Shown here piece by piece: positions 1 to 8,114 of a stretch of 64,000 nucleotides of DNA. The notes below the pieces were generated by a model. That model worked only from the letters and a program-made list of their open reading frames with translations. It had not been told where the DNA came from and made no database searches. This DNA comes from Schmidtea polychroa (Eukaryota). The stretch covers positions 34,226,001-34,290,000 of the forward strand of contig CM097885.1 in NCBI GenBank assembly GCA_044892525.1. Direction: 5' to 3'. The position numbers and the translations under genes were made by a program. Position 1 is the first letter of the stretch. The number at the start of each line of letters is the position of its first letter.

Positions 1-394
1 TATTTTTCGGGATTATTTCGACTCAGATGTTAATGTCAATTTTCTGATTAGTCCCTGGCTCTGATGATATCGCAGTCATCGGATGTTTTATCCGGCTTTG
101 AATATTGGAGTGTTCAATTACATCAGTTTTCACCAGTCATTCAACCTGCAATCTGTTTCCTGGGCTGATGTTGAGAATCTGAACCTTCAATACGCAGCAT
201 CGAAACAATATCCCTGCAATAGACAAAAAAAGCATATTTACATGTTTATAAATATATACAACTGCCTTTCTTTTGGAGGGTTCATCTAAAATTCTAAATA
301 TATACAAAGATATTTATACATATACATTGATATTTAAAAACCCGAGAATGACAATGCTTCTGAGATCTTAGAGCAATTTGTTATGGAGATTTTT

Positions 395-3300
395 CTAATT
401 AAGGTCTGCTAAAGTGCCAGTTTTGTGGTAGTACCACCGTCTGGCAGAATGTGTGATGTTACTTATCGTACATTCCTTCAGTAGACTGTTTATTTCTGTG
501 CGTTTAACTCCAATTTTTAAAAGGATTTCAGGAGTTGATGACGGAAAAGAACCCAAAGCTCCGATAATACAAGTGTCAAGTTCGACTTTGAAATCAGGTT
601 TGACAGCTTGTATTTCATTCTTAAGCGATTCGTATTTAATTAAATTTGAAGAGTCAACTAGTTGAAAGTTCTTGACAGAGTCGATAGGACATTTCATGTC
701 AACTAGAAAGATCTTCCTTTTCAACAAATCAGTGATCATTAAATCCACTCGTTCTTTGGAATTCGGAACAAGTGAACAGATATGATCTACTACAACAATC
801 AAGTTGGGATTTTTCATTAATCGATTAGTGATTAATTTCAGACAGTCATCATGTCGCTCTGAGGCAAGGGTCAGATGGACTTTACAAGATTGAATGACAT
901 GTGACATTGTCTCTTCCTCAGTTTGACAACGACGACAAAGTCTTTTACCACCTTTATTGTAAGGCTTCGCATTGACTGAGAGGGAGTTTGTGCGAGCTCT
1001 GTGTATGAAGTTCCAAGCAAATTCAGAGAGAGCACCACGAAAAATTGCGATGTTTATTTTAGGCGAAAGTCTGATTGCTGCAGCTATAATGTTGGAGTTA
1101 TGACTGTTCTCTCCTTTCAAAAGATAGGCATCGCAGAGTGCCATGTGCAAAACCTTAGACGTGGTTTGGCGTAAGTCAGAAGTGAGAATACACGTGCCAC
1201 GCATTGCTGTTGTAATATAAAGCGATGTTTCTTGCTTTGTTACAATAAATGCTATTGAGATTTTGTGATATTTTTCAAAAAATGCAATAGCAGTTCTGAC
1301 TCGCTGGAATCGAGTTTTCTTTCCAGAATGGCAAAGTTTGGATTGCTTACCATTGAGCCAGTCAAGACTCTCCTGTAGTGTAGGGTCTTTTATTCCGAGT
1401 CGAGGTCCAGTGACAAAGCTCAGAGAATCAGTGTTGATCTTTTTCGCAAAGTCACACTTCGATGTTAAGAGTCGAAAGAAATGTGTTATTGTCTGTGTGT
1501 GATATTCGTCAAGAAGGTCTACACAGTTTGCTCCTCCGTTTTCAGTTGAGTTGTAGAAATAACTTACTTCAGAGTGATTTGGCAAAAGTAACATTTTTCT
1601 GAGACAACTCCTCACTTGACTGGTGATGTTGACAGAACGATTACTATTGGCGCTTGGTTTTGAAAGAGCGCTAGTTTTAATTTCGCGAGTTCTAAAGGGA
1701 AAAATCAAACGTGAATGGACAAAGATCTTATAAGCTTTAAGTTTTTGCCATCCAAGTAGGTCAGAGTCGGCAAGTTTTTTCGTGTCAGATACGACCTTCT
1801 CAAGAATGTCATATGGATTCTGATCAGTCTCTTCACCAACAAGCACTCCAAGATACTGATAAAATTCATTAGGTTGTAATTTTTTGATTTTAATGCTGTC
1901 AATCGAAATTTCACTATCTATTTCAAGGTTTGGCAATTGAAGATATGCACACTTTTCAGGGCGATATTCAAAGCCAATTTCAGCTGCAGTTGCTACAGCT
2001 ATATCGGTGATTTTCTGAAGTTCTTCAACAGACTTTGTAACTAAAGCTATGTCATCTGCATATGCAAGGATCTTAATTGGAGATTTCCCAATCCTGAAAG
2101 GTCTACAATCGGATCGCGATACAGCTTCAAGTACTGGATTAATGGCCAAAGCAAACAATATCATCGATATTGGACATCCTTGTTTGACACCTTGTTTAAT
2201 AGGGATGTTTGGTGTCAGAATATTACCACAGCTGTAAAAGGTACTTGTGTTGGAATATAACATCTGGATGATGGATGCAAATTCCTCGCTTACTCCAATG
2301 AATCGGAGTAAGGACCACATGTATTCATGGGGAACACTACCAAAGGCATCTTTTATATCAAGCCAAGCAATTGCAAGAGGCTTATTTACGCTGTATTTTG
2401 AGTGTTCTAGTGCAGCAGAAAGAATTGAATTATGCTCAACACATCCATCATGTTGTGAGCCACCTTTTTGACCGATATGTAAAAGATCATTCGAGTTTAT
2501 CCAACTTGTCAGACGACTAGCTAAACAAGATGCGAAAACCTTGTAAATGACAGAAAGTAAGGAAATTGGACGCCAAGACGAGACGTCATCATATTTTCCA
2601 TCTTTATCCGGCTTAGGAGTTAGAAGTGTTTTGAAGGTCTTCCAACTGTCTGGTATGGTCTTGTTTAAAATGATTTTATTGTACAAGAAAGTAAGCAATT
2701 TACCCTCGGGATCAAGAGACAACAAGTCACGATATTGTATTCCATCAATACCAGGACTTGTGTTCTCAGCTTTCTTTAGTTCGATAAGTACTTCATCACA
2801 TGTGAGCAAAATTAAACGAAGTTTAATTTGGGAACGTTTACAGAATTCAAATATTTTATCCCATGATTTTTCTAAAGGGGTTTTGTGCATGAAATTCATG
2901 ACAATATTTTGAAATTTTGGCATCACTGTGATATTTGTATTGTTGAAGATTTTATTGACTGTTGACTTCATATCAGTCATGAATTTTGCGATTAATTTAC
3001 CCTTGTTGATTTTTGAAGGTAATTTCTTTTTATTTCCCAAGTATGGTTTATGAGTTGATTTTAATTTGTCAGGGAATTGCTCAATGATAACGTCAATGAT
3101 TTCGTTTACATTGAAATCTGTCACTCTCCTCAGTAGTTCTAATGCTCTGAGTTTACGCAATTCTAAATTTGCATTCCCCTCTTTATTTTTGTTACTGTTT
3201 GTTGGTCTTACAGTCTTTTTCCTATTAAAATCATTTACAATTGGGATAAATGAGCTGACGACATTACCAATTTCGTGTAAGTTCAAATTTGTAAGAGGTA

Positions 3301-4999
3301 AGTCTTTAGCATAGTTTTGGATGAACGCGCATATCAGGATTTGACTAACTAGACCTGATCCTCGAGTGTCATGAGGACAATTACCAGTATATAATACACG
3401 GCCAGGTGATTCTCTGATTTCATTAATTTTGTTCCTAAGAATTTTGCAGGTAGGAAGATAACTTTCATTACCACTCAGTGTCGTCGGATTTAGAAGATAG
3501 TGCTCATCAGTTTGGTAATCAATGATAAACAAGATTTCCCTTGATTTTTCTGGTGCTACGATAGTAAATATGACTTGTGCCTTGATCAACGATTCACAAT
3601 CTAAAAATTCATTTAAATATCTAGTGCAATCGTCAAGAATCGCAGTGCACATTGTAGCATTTAAAAACATGAACTTTGTGGGTAAGTTTAATTTATGAAT
3701 GTATTTTGATGTGATTTCATCATTAATTTTACAGTTAATTAAGTTTAAATTCCTGGAGATCTCGTTTGTTTGTTGTATTTTATAAGATTTAAGGGAGTCA
3801 CTGATACTTCTACGACAAACCTGATTGTCAAAAAGTAATTTTTCGACCAATTCAATGACAGCAGAAGCAAATATATCTGGGTCAACAGATGTGATGGAAA
3901 TGTGGTCGATGTTGTGGAGACTATTGAAGTTGATCTTCGTTTGAGAAAGGAAAAATTTATTCATATAGTCTGTCATGTTTTCTCCTATGCCGATTAGTCT
4001 CTCAGTTAGAACTCTGTTGTTAAAGTTGAAAATGTAACTGATTCCTAAAACGAAAGAGAAAAGATACAGACTCCAATTCGTGTCGTCTGGAATGACGCTG
4101 ATGACATGTTCTATTCCAGCAAATTGTTTAAACGTGACATTTTCCCTGATGAATATATCGTTTTGTGCAATAATATTCAATGTCAGTTCATGAGAAAGAA
4201 CAGTAATATTGCTTTTATCTTTATACCATTCACTAATCAGGTATGTGATACATGAGCTCTGTTTCTGGAGATACATCAGGTTACCATTCCTCACCTTCTT
4301 AACTCCATTCCGTTTGATTGTCTCCATGAATTTTGGAAGGCCACCCCCCGAAGTTTTGGGATCTTTTTGTTGTTGAGTAAGTTTAAACTGGTGGACCTCT
4401 TTCCTGATAGTTTCGATGAAGCAGCCCGACAAGCTCTGCCATTCTCCACAAATCATCATGGCATATGCGCAGATGTATGGCCCACAATCATAGCTATTAT
4501 TTTGATATAAAAGGTTATTATGAGGATGAAAAGTCATGGCTGCTTTAAGGTCAAACAATTCATTCAGAGCCATTGTGATCTTAAGAGCAATTGTTTTATT
4601 CGTAAAACTATGCCGATTTAGAAGGATTGGATCGATGAAGTAAGAAATTAGGGAAGATTTACAATAAACGAACAAGATCCAATGAGATTTGTTGATGTTA
4701 AGGGGGCATAATATTACTTGTGCTTTCAAGACTCTTTCCGGAATTGGGAAAGTGTCATTCTCGAGGTTAGAGCACAAAATCTCAACGATAAAACATTTGA
4801 TATACGCAAATTCTGGGTTGATGATGTGATTTTCGAGAAAATTATCAATATCATCATCAGTGAACCAGATCTTTGGGTCGCGTTTTACCATCAAATTTTT
4901 ATTATTATTTATGATGTCGTGATGTTTATTAGAATTTTTTGTGCTGTCTGCATCAGTCTCCTTAGAGATTGGGGCAGATGTTGAGACTGATGCAGGCAC
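395..4999 (-). CDS. Retrotransposon polyprotein: Ulp1/C48-like protease, reverse transcriptase, CCHC zinc knuckle, restriction-like endonuclease
   Basis: Uninterrupted 1534-codon ORF. RT motifs SPGIDG, WRPISLL, WLDIKDAFGSVPH, GVKQGCPIS, LAYADD, YQYLG; C-terminal CRRC-x7-H-x4-C, RHD, RVD..DMK..KY. The called start is GTG two codons after an in-frame TGA; the first in-frame ATG is at 4891. Confidence 0.95.
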   Translation of the reverse strand: MPASVSTSAPISKETDADSTKNSNKHHDIINNNKNLMVKRDPKIWFTDDDIDNFLENHIINPEFAYIKCFIVEILCSNLENDTFPIPERVLKAQVILCPLNINKSHWILFVYCKSSLISYFIDPILLNRHSFTNKTIALKITMALNELFDLKAAMTFHPHNNLLYQNNSYDCGPYICAYAMMICGEWQSLSGCFIETIRKEVHQFKLTQQQKDPKTSGGGLPKFMETIKRNGVKKVRNGNLMYLQKQSSCITYLISEWYKDKSNITVLSHELTLNIIAQNDIFIRENVTFKQFAGIEHVISVIPDDTNWSLYLFSFVLGISYIFNFNNRVLTERLIGIGENMTDYMNKFFLSQTKINFNSLHNIDHISITSVDPDIFASAVIELVEKLLFDNQVCRRSISDSLKSYKIQQTNEISRNLNLINCKINDEITSKYIHKLNLPTKFMFLNATMCTAILDDCTRYLNEFLDCESLIKAQVIFTIVAPEKSREILFIIDYQTDEHYLLNPTTLSGNESYLPTCKILRNKINEIRESPGRVLYTGNCPHDTRGSGLVSQILICAFIQNYAKDLPLTNLNLHEIGNVVSSFIPIVNDFNRKKTVRPTNSNKNKEGNANLELRKLRALELLRRVTDFNVNEIIDVIIEQFPDKLKSTHKPYLGNKKKLPSKINKGKLIAKFMTDMKSTVNKIFNNTNITVMPKFQNIVMNFMHKTPLEKSWDKIFEFCKRSQIKLRLILLTCDEVLIELKKAENTSPGIDGIQYRDLLSLDPEGKLLTFLYNKIILNKTIPDSWKTFKTLLTPKPDKDGKYDDVSSWRPISLLSVIYKVFASCLASRLTSWINSNDLLHIGQKGGSQHDGCVEHNSILSAALEHSKYSVNKPLAIAWLDIKDAFGSVPHEYMWSLLRFIGVSEEFASIIQMLYSNTSTFYSCGNILTPNIPIKQGVKQGCPISMILFALAINPVLEAVSRSDCRPFRIGKSPIKILAYADDIALVTKSVEELQKITDIAVATAAEIGFEYRPEKCAYLQLPNLEIDSEISIDSIKIKKLQPNEFYQYLGVLVGEETDQNPYDILEKVVSDTKKLADSDLLGWQKLKAYKIFVHSRLIFPFRTREIKTSALSKPSANSNRSVNITSQVRSCLRKMLLLPNHSEVSYFYNSTENGGANCVDLLDEYHTQTITHFFRLLTSKCDFAKKINTDSLSFVTGPRLGIKDPTLQESLDWLNGKQSKLCHSGKKTRFQRVRTAIAFFEKYHKISIAFIVTKQETSLYITTAMRGTCILTSDLRQTTSKVLHMALCDAYLLKGENSHNSNIIAAAIRLSPKINIAIFRGALSEFAWNFIHRARTNSLSVNAKPYNKGGKRLCRRCQTEEETMSHVIQSCKVHLTLASERHDDCLKLITNRLMKNPNLIVVVDHICSLVPNSKERVDLMITDLLKRKIFLVDMKCPIDSVKNFQLVDSSNLIKYESLKNEIQAVKPDFKVELDTCIIGALGSFPSSTPEILLKIGVKRTEINSLLKECTISNITHSARRWYYHKTGTLADLN
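480..937 (-). other. CCHC zinc knuckle plus PD-(D/E)xK restriction-like endonuclease
   Basis: CRRCQTEEETMSHVIQSC (884-937), RHD (~848-856), R-V-D (Asp 743-745; the usual Pro is Val), D-M-K (692-700), then KY and IIGALG as in R2/NeSL/R4 C-termini. Confidence 0.85.
1840..2800 (-). other. Non-LTR reverse transcriptase domain
   Basis: YADD encoded at 2051-2062; the other conserved RT blocks are present in the expected order. Confidence 0.95.
4385..4870 (-). other. Ulp1/SENP-like (peptidase C48, clan CE) cysteine protease domain, catalytic residues intact
   Basis: WFTDDDIDNFL start motif; ILCPLNINKSHWILF (His codon 4682-4684); YFIDP (Asp); QNNSYDCGPYIC (Gln; Cys codon 4484-4486). Confidence 0.88.
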
Positions 5000-5005
5000 G
5001 CACCT

Positions 5006-7123
5006 TCATTTAATCTTGGAGACTACTTTCCTCGTTTTCCTACTTGGTCTTGTTAGTAGGTCCTCCTGTTGATCACAACTGGAAATTGCGGGAGTAGATG
5101 GGATTATATCCAAATCAACAGGCAGCTGTCGTTTCAGAGTCGCATGTTCTTGTAGATCACCCTCCAGAATGTCGTTAATCTCTATGGGTCGAGATGGCTC
5201 TTTCACAGCTGTTTCCACCGAGTTATCTAATCCAGGTGTGTTTCTCCTCTGCTCACCATTACTTTCAATCACAGATGTCAAGAGGACATCAAGCATGTCT
5301 GTGATAATGCAAGTCATATTTGGTGTGCAAATTTTCCTACAATGCTTAGGTATACGGTAGGAGAATTTACTGTTAGATAAAAATTTCTTTTTGTCTCTAA
5401 TGATAAAAAAGAGAAATCTTTTAGCTTTTATCATCTCTTCTTCGGATGTACCTAATTCCATTTCATTAATGTTGCGGCCCAAATTCTCAAGAACCTTAAG
5501 TTGGGCAGCCTTTTGTGGACAGATTTCATCAATTTTGTCAAGAAAGGAATTGATTTTATAGATGGTTTCTGGAGAGATAATGTTGTGTATTCTATCGATC
5601 TCCTCTGACAGTTTCCACTGTCGAAGTTTTAGTAGTCTTTCCTGACAACTAGAAGAGTAGTATGAAAGACTGGGGATCATATTAATCATCTCCGGACCCC
5701 AATTTTCGATGTTGTCGCACCTTAATGTATTGCAATTTTCAATTTTAGTAATTGAGTGCATCAAAAAACAATTACGTAAATAGTTTTTAACGTACTCATC
5801 AAATGTAGGATTTGAAATGTGTATTATGGTGCCTTTTAAATTTAAATAGTTGATATAATATATTATGTCAACCAGTTTAGATGGGGAGTTTGGCTGAGTC
5901 AGAAGAGAGTTAAGTATGGGGTCATCTTCTGACATTTTAACAAAATTAACCAATCCCAGGTTGAACATTATATCAGACGCATTTTCAGAATGTGGGACTT
6001 TAGGAATTTCAGTAATTTTATTAGTTTTAATAAATTTGCCCTTCACAAACGAGATCTCATTAGGGAAATTTTTTTCTAATTTTAAATCATTAATTAATTT
6101 AGTTAATAAATCAGGATTCTTATTTATATTCTCAGAAAAATATAATTCCTGAATTTCAGGAAACGATTTATATAACTCTTTCAACTGTGATCGCGAAAGT
6201 TCTAAGGTTTGAAGACTGGTGTTCTCATTACCAGAGTCACAGCTATTGAAAAGATCTAACAAGATAAAATCACCTTCAGAAAATGTTATCTGTGATCTTA
6301 TCAGGAAATCAGGAAGTTCACGTCGTTGTTTCATTCCATTCAAGATGTTATTTGTCTGTGCCGCTCTTTGATTTATATTTTTGATGGTAGCCGTCTCTGC
6401 GAGCTTATGTGAGAGGGAATACAAAAATCTTTTAATTACAGAGGATGCAGGGATAAAACTATCAACATATTTGTTAGTTTTAACAATATTTGAATCTATT
6501 AGCGAAATTTTCAATGCACTAGAAGTCTTTATCTCGATCGGGGCTTTCGCTTTATAGTTCAATTTATGGGAAACGCATATGTTGTGGTTTCTGTAAAAGA
6601 AATGTGAAAAATCCACGATCGACAAAGGATTATCATTTCCAGATATAGAAGCTAATTCTTTATTTATTGTTTGAAATTTATTCAGAGTTTCCCGAGACTT
6701 AATTAATTTACCTAATTTTGGAAAAAGTTTTATCAAATTTATTTTCTCCGTCCTTGAAAGAGTTCTTACATAAGAATGGAAAATTGAATTTGAGTATTTT
6801 TTGTTATTAATCAAATTTTTGCTTTTAAAATATTTTGTATTTTGATACATTTTATTTTTCAAAAGGCCTTTGTTTTCTTTAGCCAAAAAATTTGAATCGT
6901 TTTTTTCAACTTTAATTATATTTAATTTTGATTTGTTTAAGTTATTTAATTTAATATTAGATAACATTTGTTCTTCAAATTTAGGTAAATAAAATTCTAC
7001 TTTTCGAATTTTATTATTAACAGTTATTTTTAATTTAGGTTCCAGATCTCCACATGCCTGAGCCTGATGTTCAAGAGAAGGGCCACTCCGGGTAACCGAA
7101 TGGGAACTCGATTTTTTTTTTTT
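5006..7123 (-). CDS. Upstream retrotransposon ORF of unknown function, in frame with the RT ORF
   Basis: 653 aa from ATG 6967. Manual translation shows the frame stays open upstream to 7123, inside the A14 tract. It ends at TGA 5006-5008, followed in frame by AGG TGC GTG CCT into the RT ORF. Confidence 0.75.
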   Translation of the reverse strand, partial: KKKKSSSHSVTRSGPSLEHQAQACGDLEPKLKITVNNKIRKVEFYLPKFEEQMLSNIKLNNLNKSKLNIIKVEKNDSNFLAKENKGLLKNKMYQNTKYFKSKNLINNKKYSNSIFHSYVRTLSRTEKINLIKLFPKLGKLIKSRETLNKFQTINKELASISGNDNPLSIVDFSHFFYRNHNICVSHKLNYKAKAPIEIKTSSALKISLIDSNIVKTNKYVDSFIPASSVIKRFLYSLSHKLAETATIKNINQRAAQTNNILNGMKQRRELPDFLIRSQITFSEGDFILLDLFNSCDSGNENTSLQTLELSRSQLKELYKSFPEIQELYFSENINKNPDLLTKLINDLKLEKNFPNEISFVKGKFIKTNKITEIPKVPHSENASDIMFNLGLVNFVKMSEDDPILNSLLTQPNSPSKLVDIIYYINYLNLKGTIIHISNPTFDEYVKNYLRNCFLMHSITKIENCNTLRCDNIENWGPEMINMIPSLSYYSSSCQERLLKLRQWKLSEEIDRIHNIISPETIYKINSFLDKIDEICPQKAAQLKVLENLGRNINEMELGTSEEEMIKAKRFLFFIIRDKKKFLSNSKFSYRIPKHCRKICTPNMTCIITDMLDVLLTSVIESNGEQRRNTPGLDNSVETAVKEPSRPIEINDILEGDLQEHATLKRQLPVDLDIIPSTPAISSCDQQEDLLTRPSRKTRKVVSKIK

Positions 7124-7610
7124 TTAAAAATAAATTTTTATTTAAATTTTTTACTTCATTTCTAGTTAAGTAATTAGTATAATTAGGATCATTATTATCA
7201 TTATATATATATGTTCTAGATCCAGCATTTAAGGGTTTATTTATAATTTTAGGTTTAATTATATTTAAAGACTTTGAATTATTTCTTAATTTAGTAATAT
7301 AAGAAATTTTTTTATTTAATTTATGTTTTTGATTTTGAAAATCATTTACTTTATTTTGATAAGAATTATATCTATCAGAATGAAATCCATTACTAAAATT
7401 GTTTTTAAATTCATTATCTTTTACAAAATTATTTAAAAGAGAAGCATTGGCATTCTCAGGTTTTAAACTGTAATCTAGATTTATATAGTTCAAAAATAAA
7501 TCAATCTTACGTTTAATTTCCAGAAATCCATCCTCAATCGAAAACATCCTCCTTGACAAGTCCAAAAGGCCATCTTCCACGGAAATCAGTCCAGAATCTA
7601 ATCTAGGCAT
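7071..7610 (-). CDS. 5'-most retrotransposon ORF segment (coiled-coil-like N-terminus, Asn/Lys-rich), probably fused to the next ORF across the A14 tract
   Basis: ORF track gives 7071..7658. ATG 7610 (MPRLDSG) is the start retained in the inverted copy. Overlaps the next open frame between 7071 and 7123. Confidence 0.6.
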   Translation of the reverse strand: MPRLDSGLISVEDGLLDLSRRMFSIEDGFLEIKRKIDLFLNYINLDYSLKPENANASLLNNFVKDNEFKNNFSNGFHSDRYNSYQNKVNDFQNQKHKLNKKISYITKLRNNSKSLNIIKPKIINKPLNAGSRTYIYNDNNDPNYTNYLTRNEVKNLNKNLFLKKKKIEFPFGYPEWPFS

Positions 7611-8044
7611 ATTTTCATTTGAACGTTGTGCATATAAATAGTTTTTGTCGATATCCATTTGTTAAGATTAACAATCAATTTGCTACTTATAGATTGAAAG
7701 TAGTTATAATAATTTCAAATTTTCGTCTGTCACAAAATATGCCTAGATTAGATTCTGGACTGATTTCCATGGAAGATGGCCTTTTGGACTTGTCAAGTAG
7801 GATGTTTTCTATTGAGGATGGATATCTGGAAATTAAACGTAAGATTGATTTATTTTTGAACTATATAAATCTAGATTACAGTTTAAAACCTGAGAATGCC
7901 AATGCTTCTCTTTTAAATAATTTTGTAAAAGATAATGAATTTAAAAACAATTTTAGTAATGGATTTCATTCTGATAGATATAATTCTTATCAAAATAAAG
8001 TAAATGATTTTCAAAATCAAAAACATAAATTAAATAAAAAAATT
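7305..8044. repeat. Long inverted repeat: arms 7305-7615 and 7734-8044 (311 bp, 4 mismatches), 118-bp spacer
   Basis: Base-by-base comparison; paired positions sum to 15349. Both arms translate as MPRLDSGLIS...HKLNKKI on opposite strands. Confidence 0.97.
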
Positions 8045-8114
8045 CATTATCATTTGAATTCAGATCAATATAATATTTCAATTTCAATATTTGACAAGTG
8101 ACATAAATTTTTTC

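Larger units (their letters stand above)
333..7615 (-). mobile_element. Non-LTR retrotransposon, RLE type (R2/NeSL-like) with Ulp1-like protease; 3' boundary not determined
   Basis: Domain order protease-RT-CCHC-RLE in ORF 395..4999, with collinear upstream ORFs. 5' limit placed at 7615, where the inverted duplicate stops matching and target-like sequence begins. No poly(A) tail or 3' target junction is recognisable, so the left limit is approximate. Confidence 0.9.

Noticed and set aside
200..235. Minus-strand splice-acceptor-like sequence (tttttttgtctattgcag at 214-231)
   Set aside because: All three downstream frames stop within about 25 codons and no convincing donor was found; unsupported without RNA data.
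83..289. 68-aa plus-strand ORF
   Set aside because: Short, no motif, runs into AT-rich low-complexity sequence; probably 3' UTR or flank.
453..6152. Short plus-strand and alternative-frame ORFs (62-121 aa) overlapping the long minus-strand ORFs
   Set aside because: Antisense or out-of-frame shadows of the retrotransposon ORFs with no recognisable motifs.
7040..7111. HDV-like self-cleaving ribozyme as in R2 5' ends
   Set aside because: I could not build the nested double-pseudoknot pairing by eye, and the segment lies in an open frame ~500 nt inside the element. A covariance or RNArobo search would settle it.
7305..8044. Terminal inverted repeats of a DNA transposon or MITE
   Set aside because: The arms are retrotransposon coding sequence continuous with the element on the left; no transposase or target-site duplication.
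7619..8101. 160-aa plus-strand ORF as an independent gene
   Set aside because: Chimera of the inter-arm spacer (TTG start), the inverted copy of the element 5' end and array spacer sequence.
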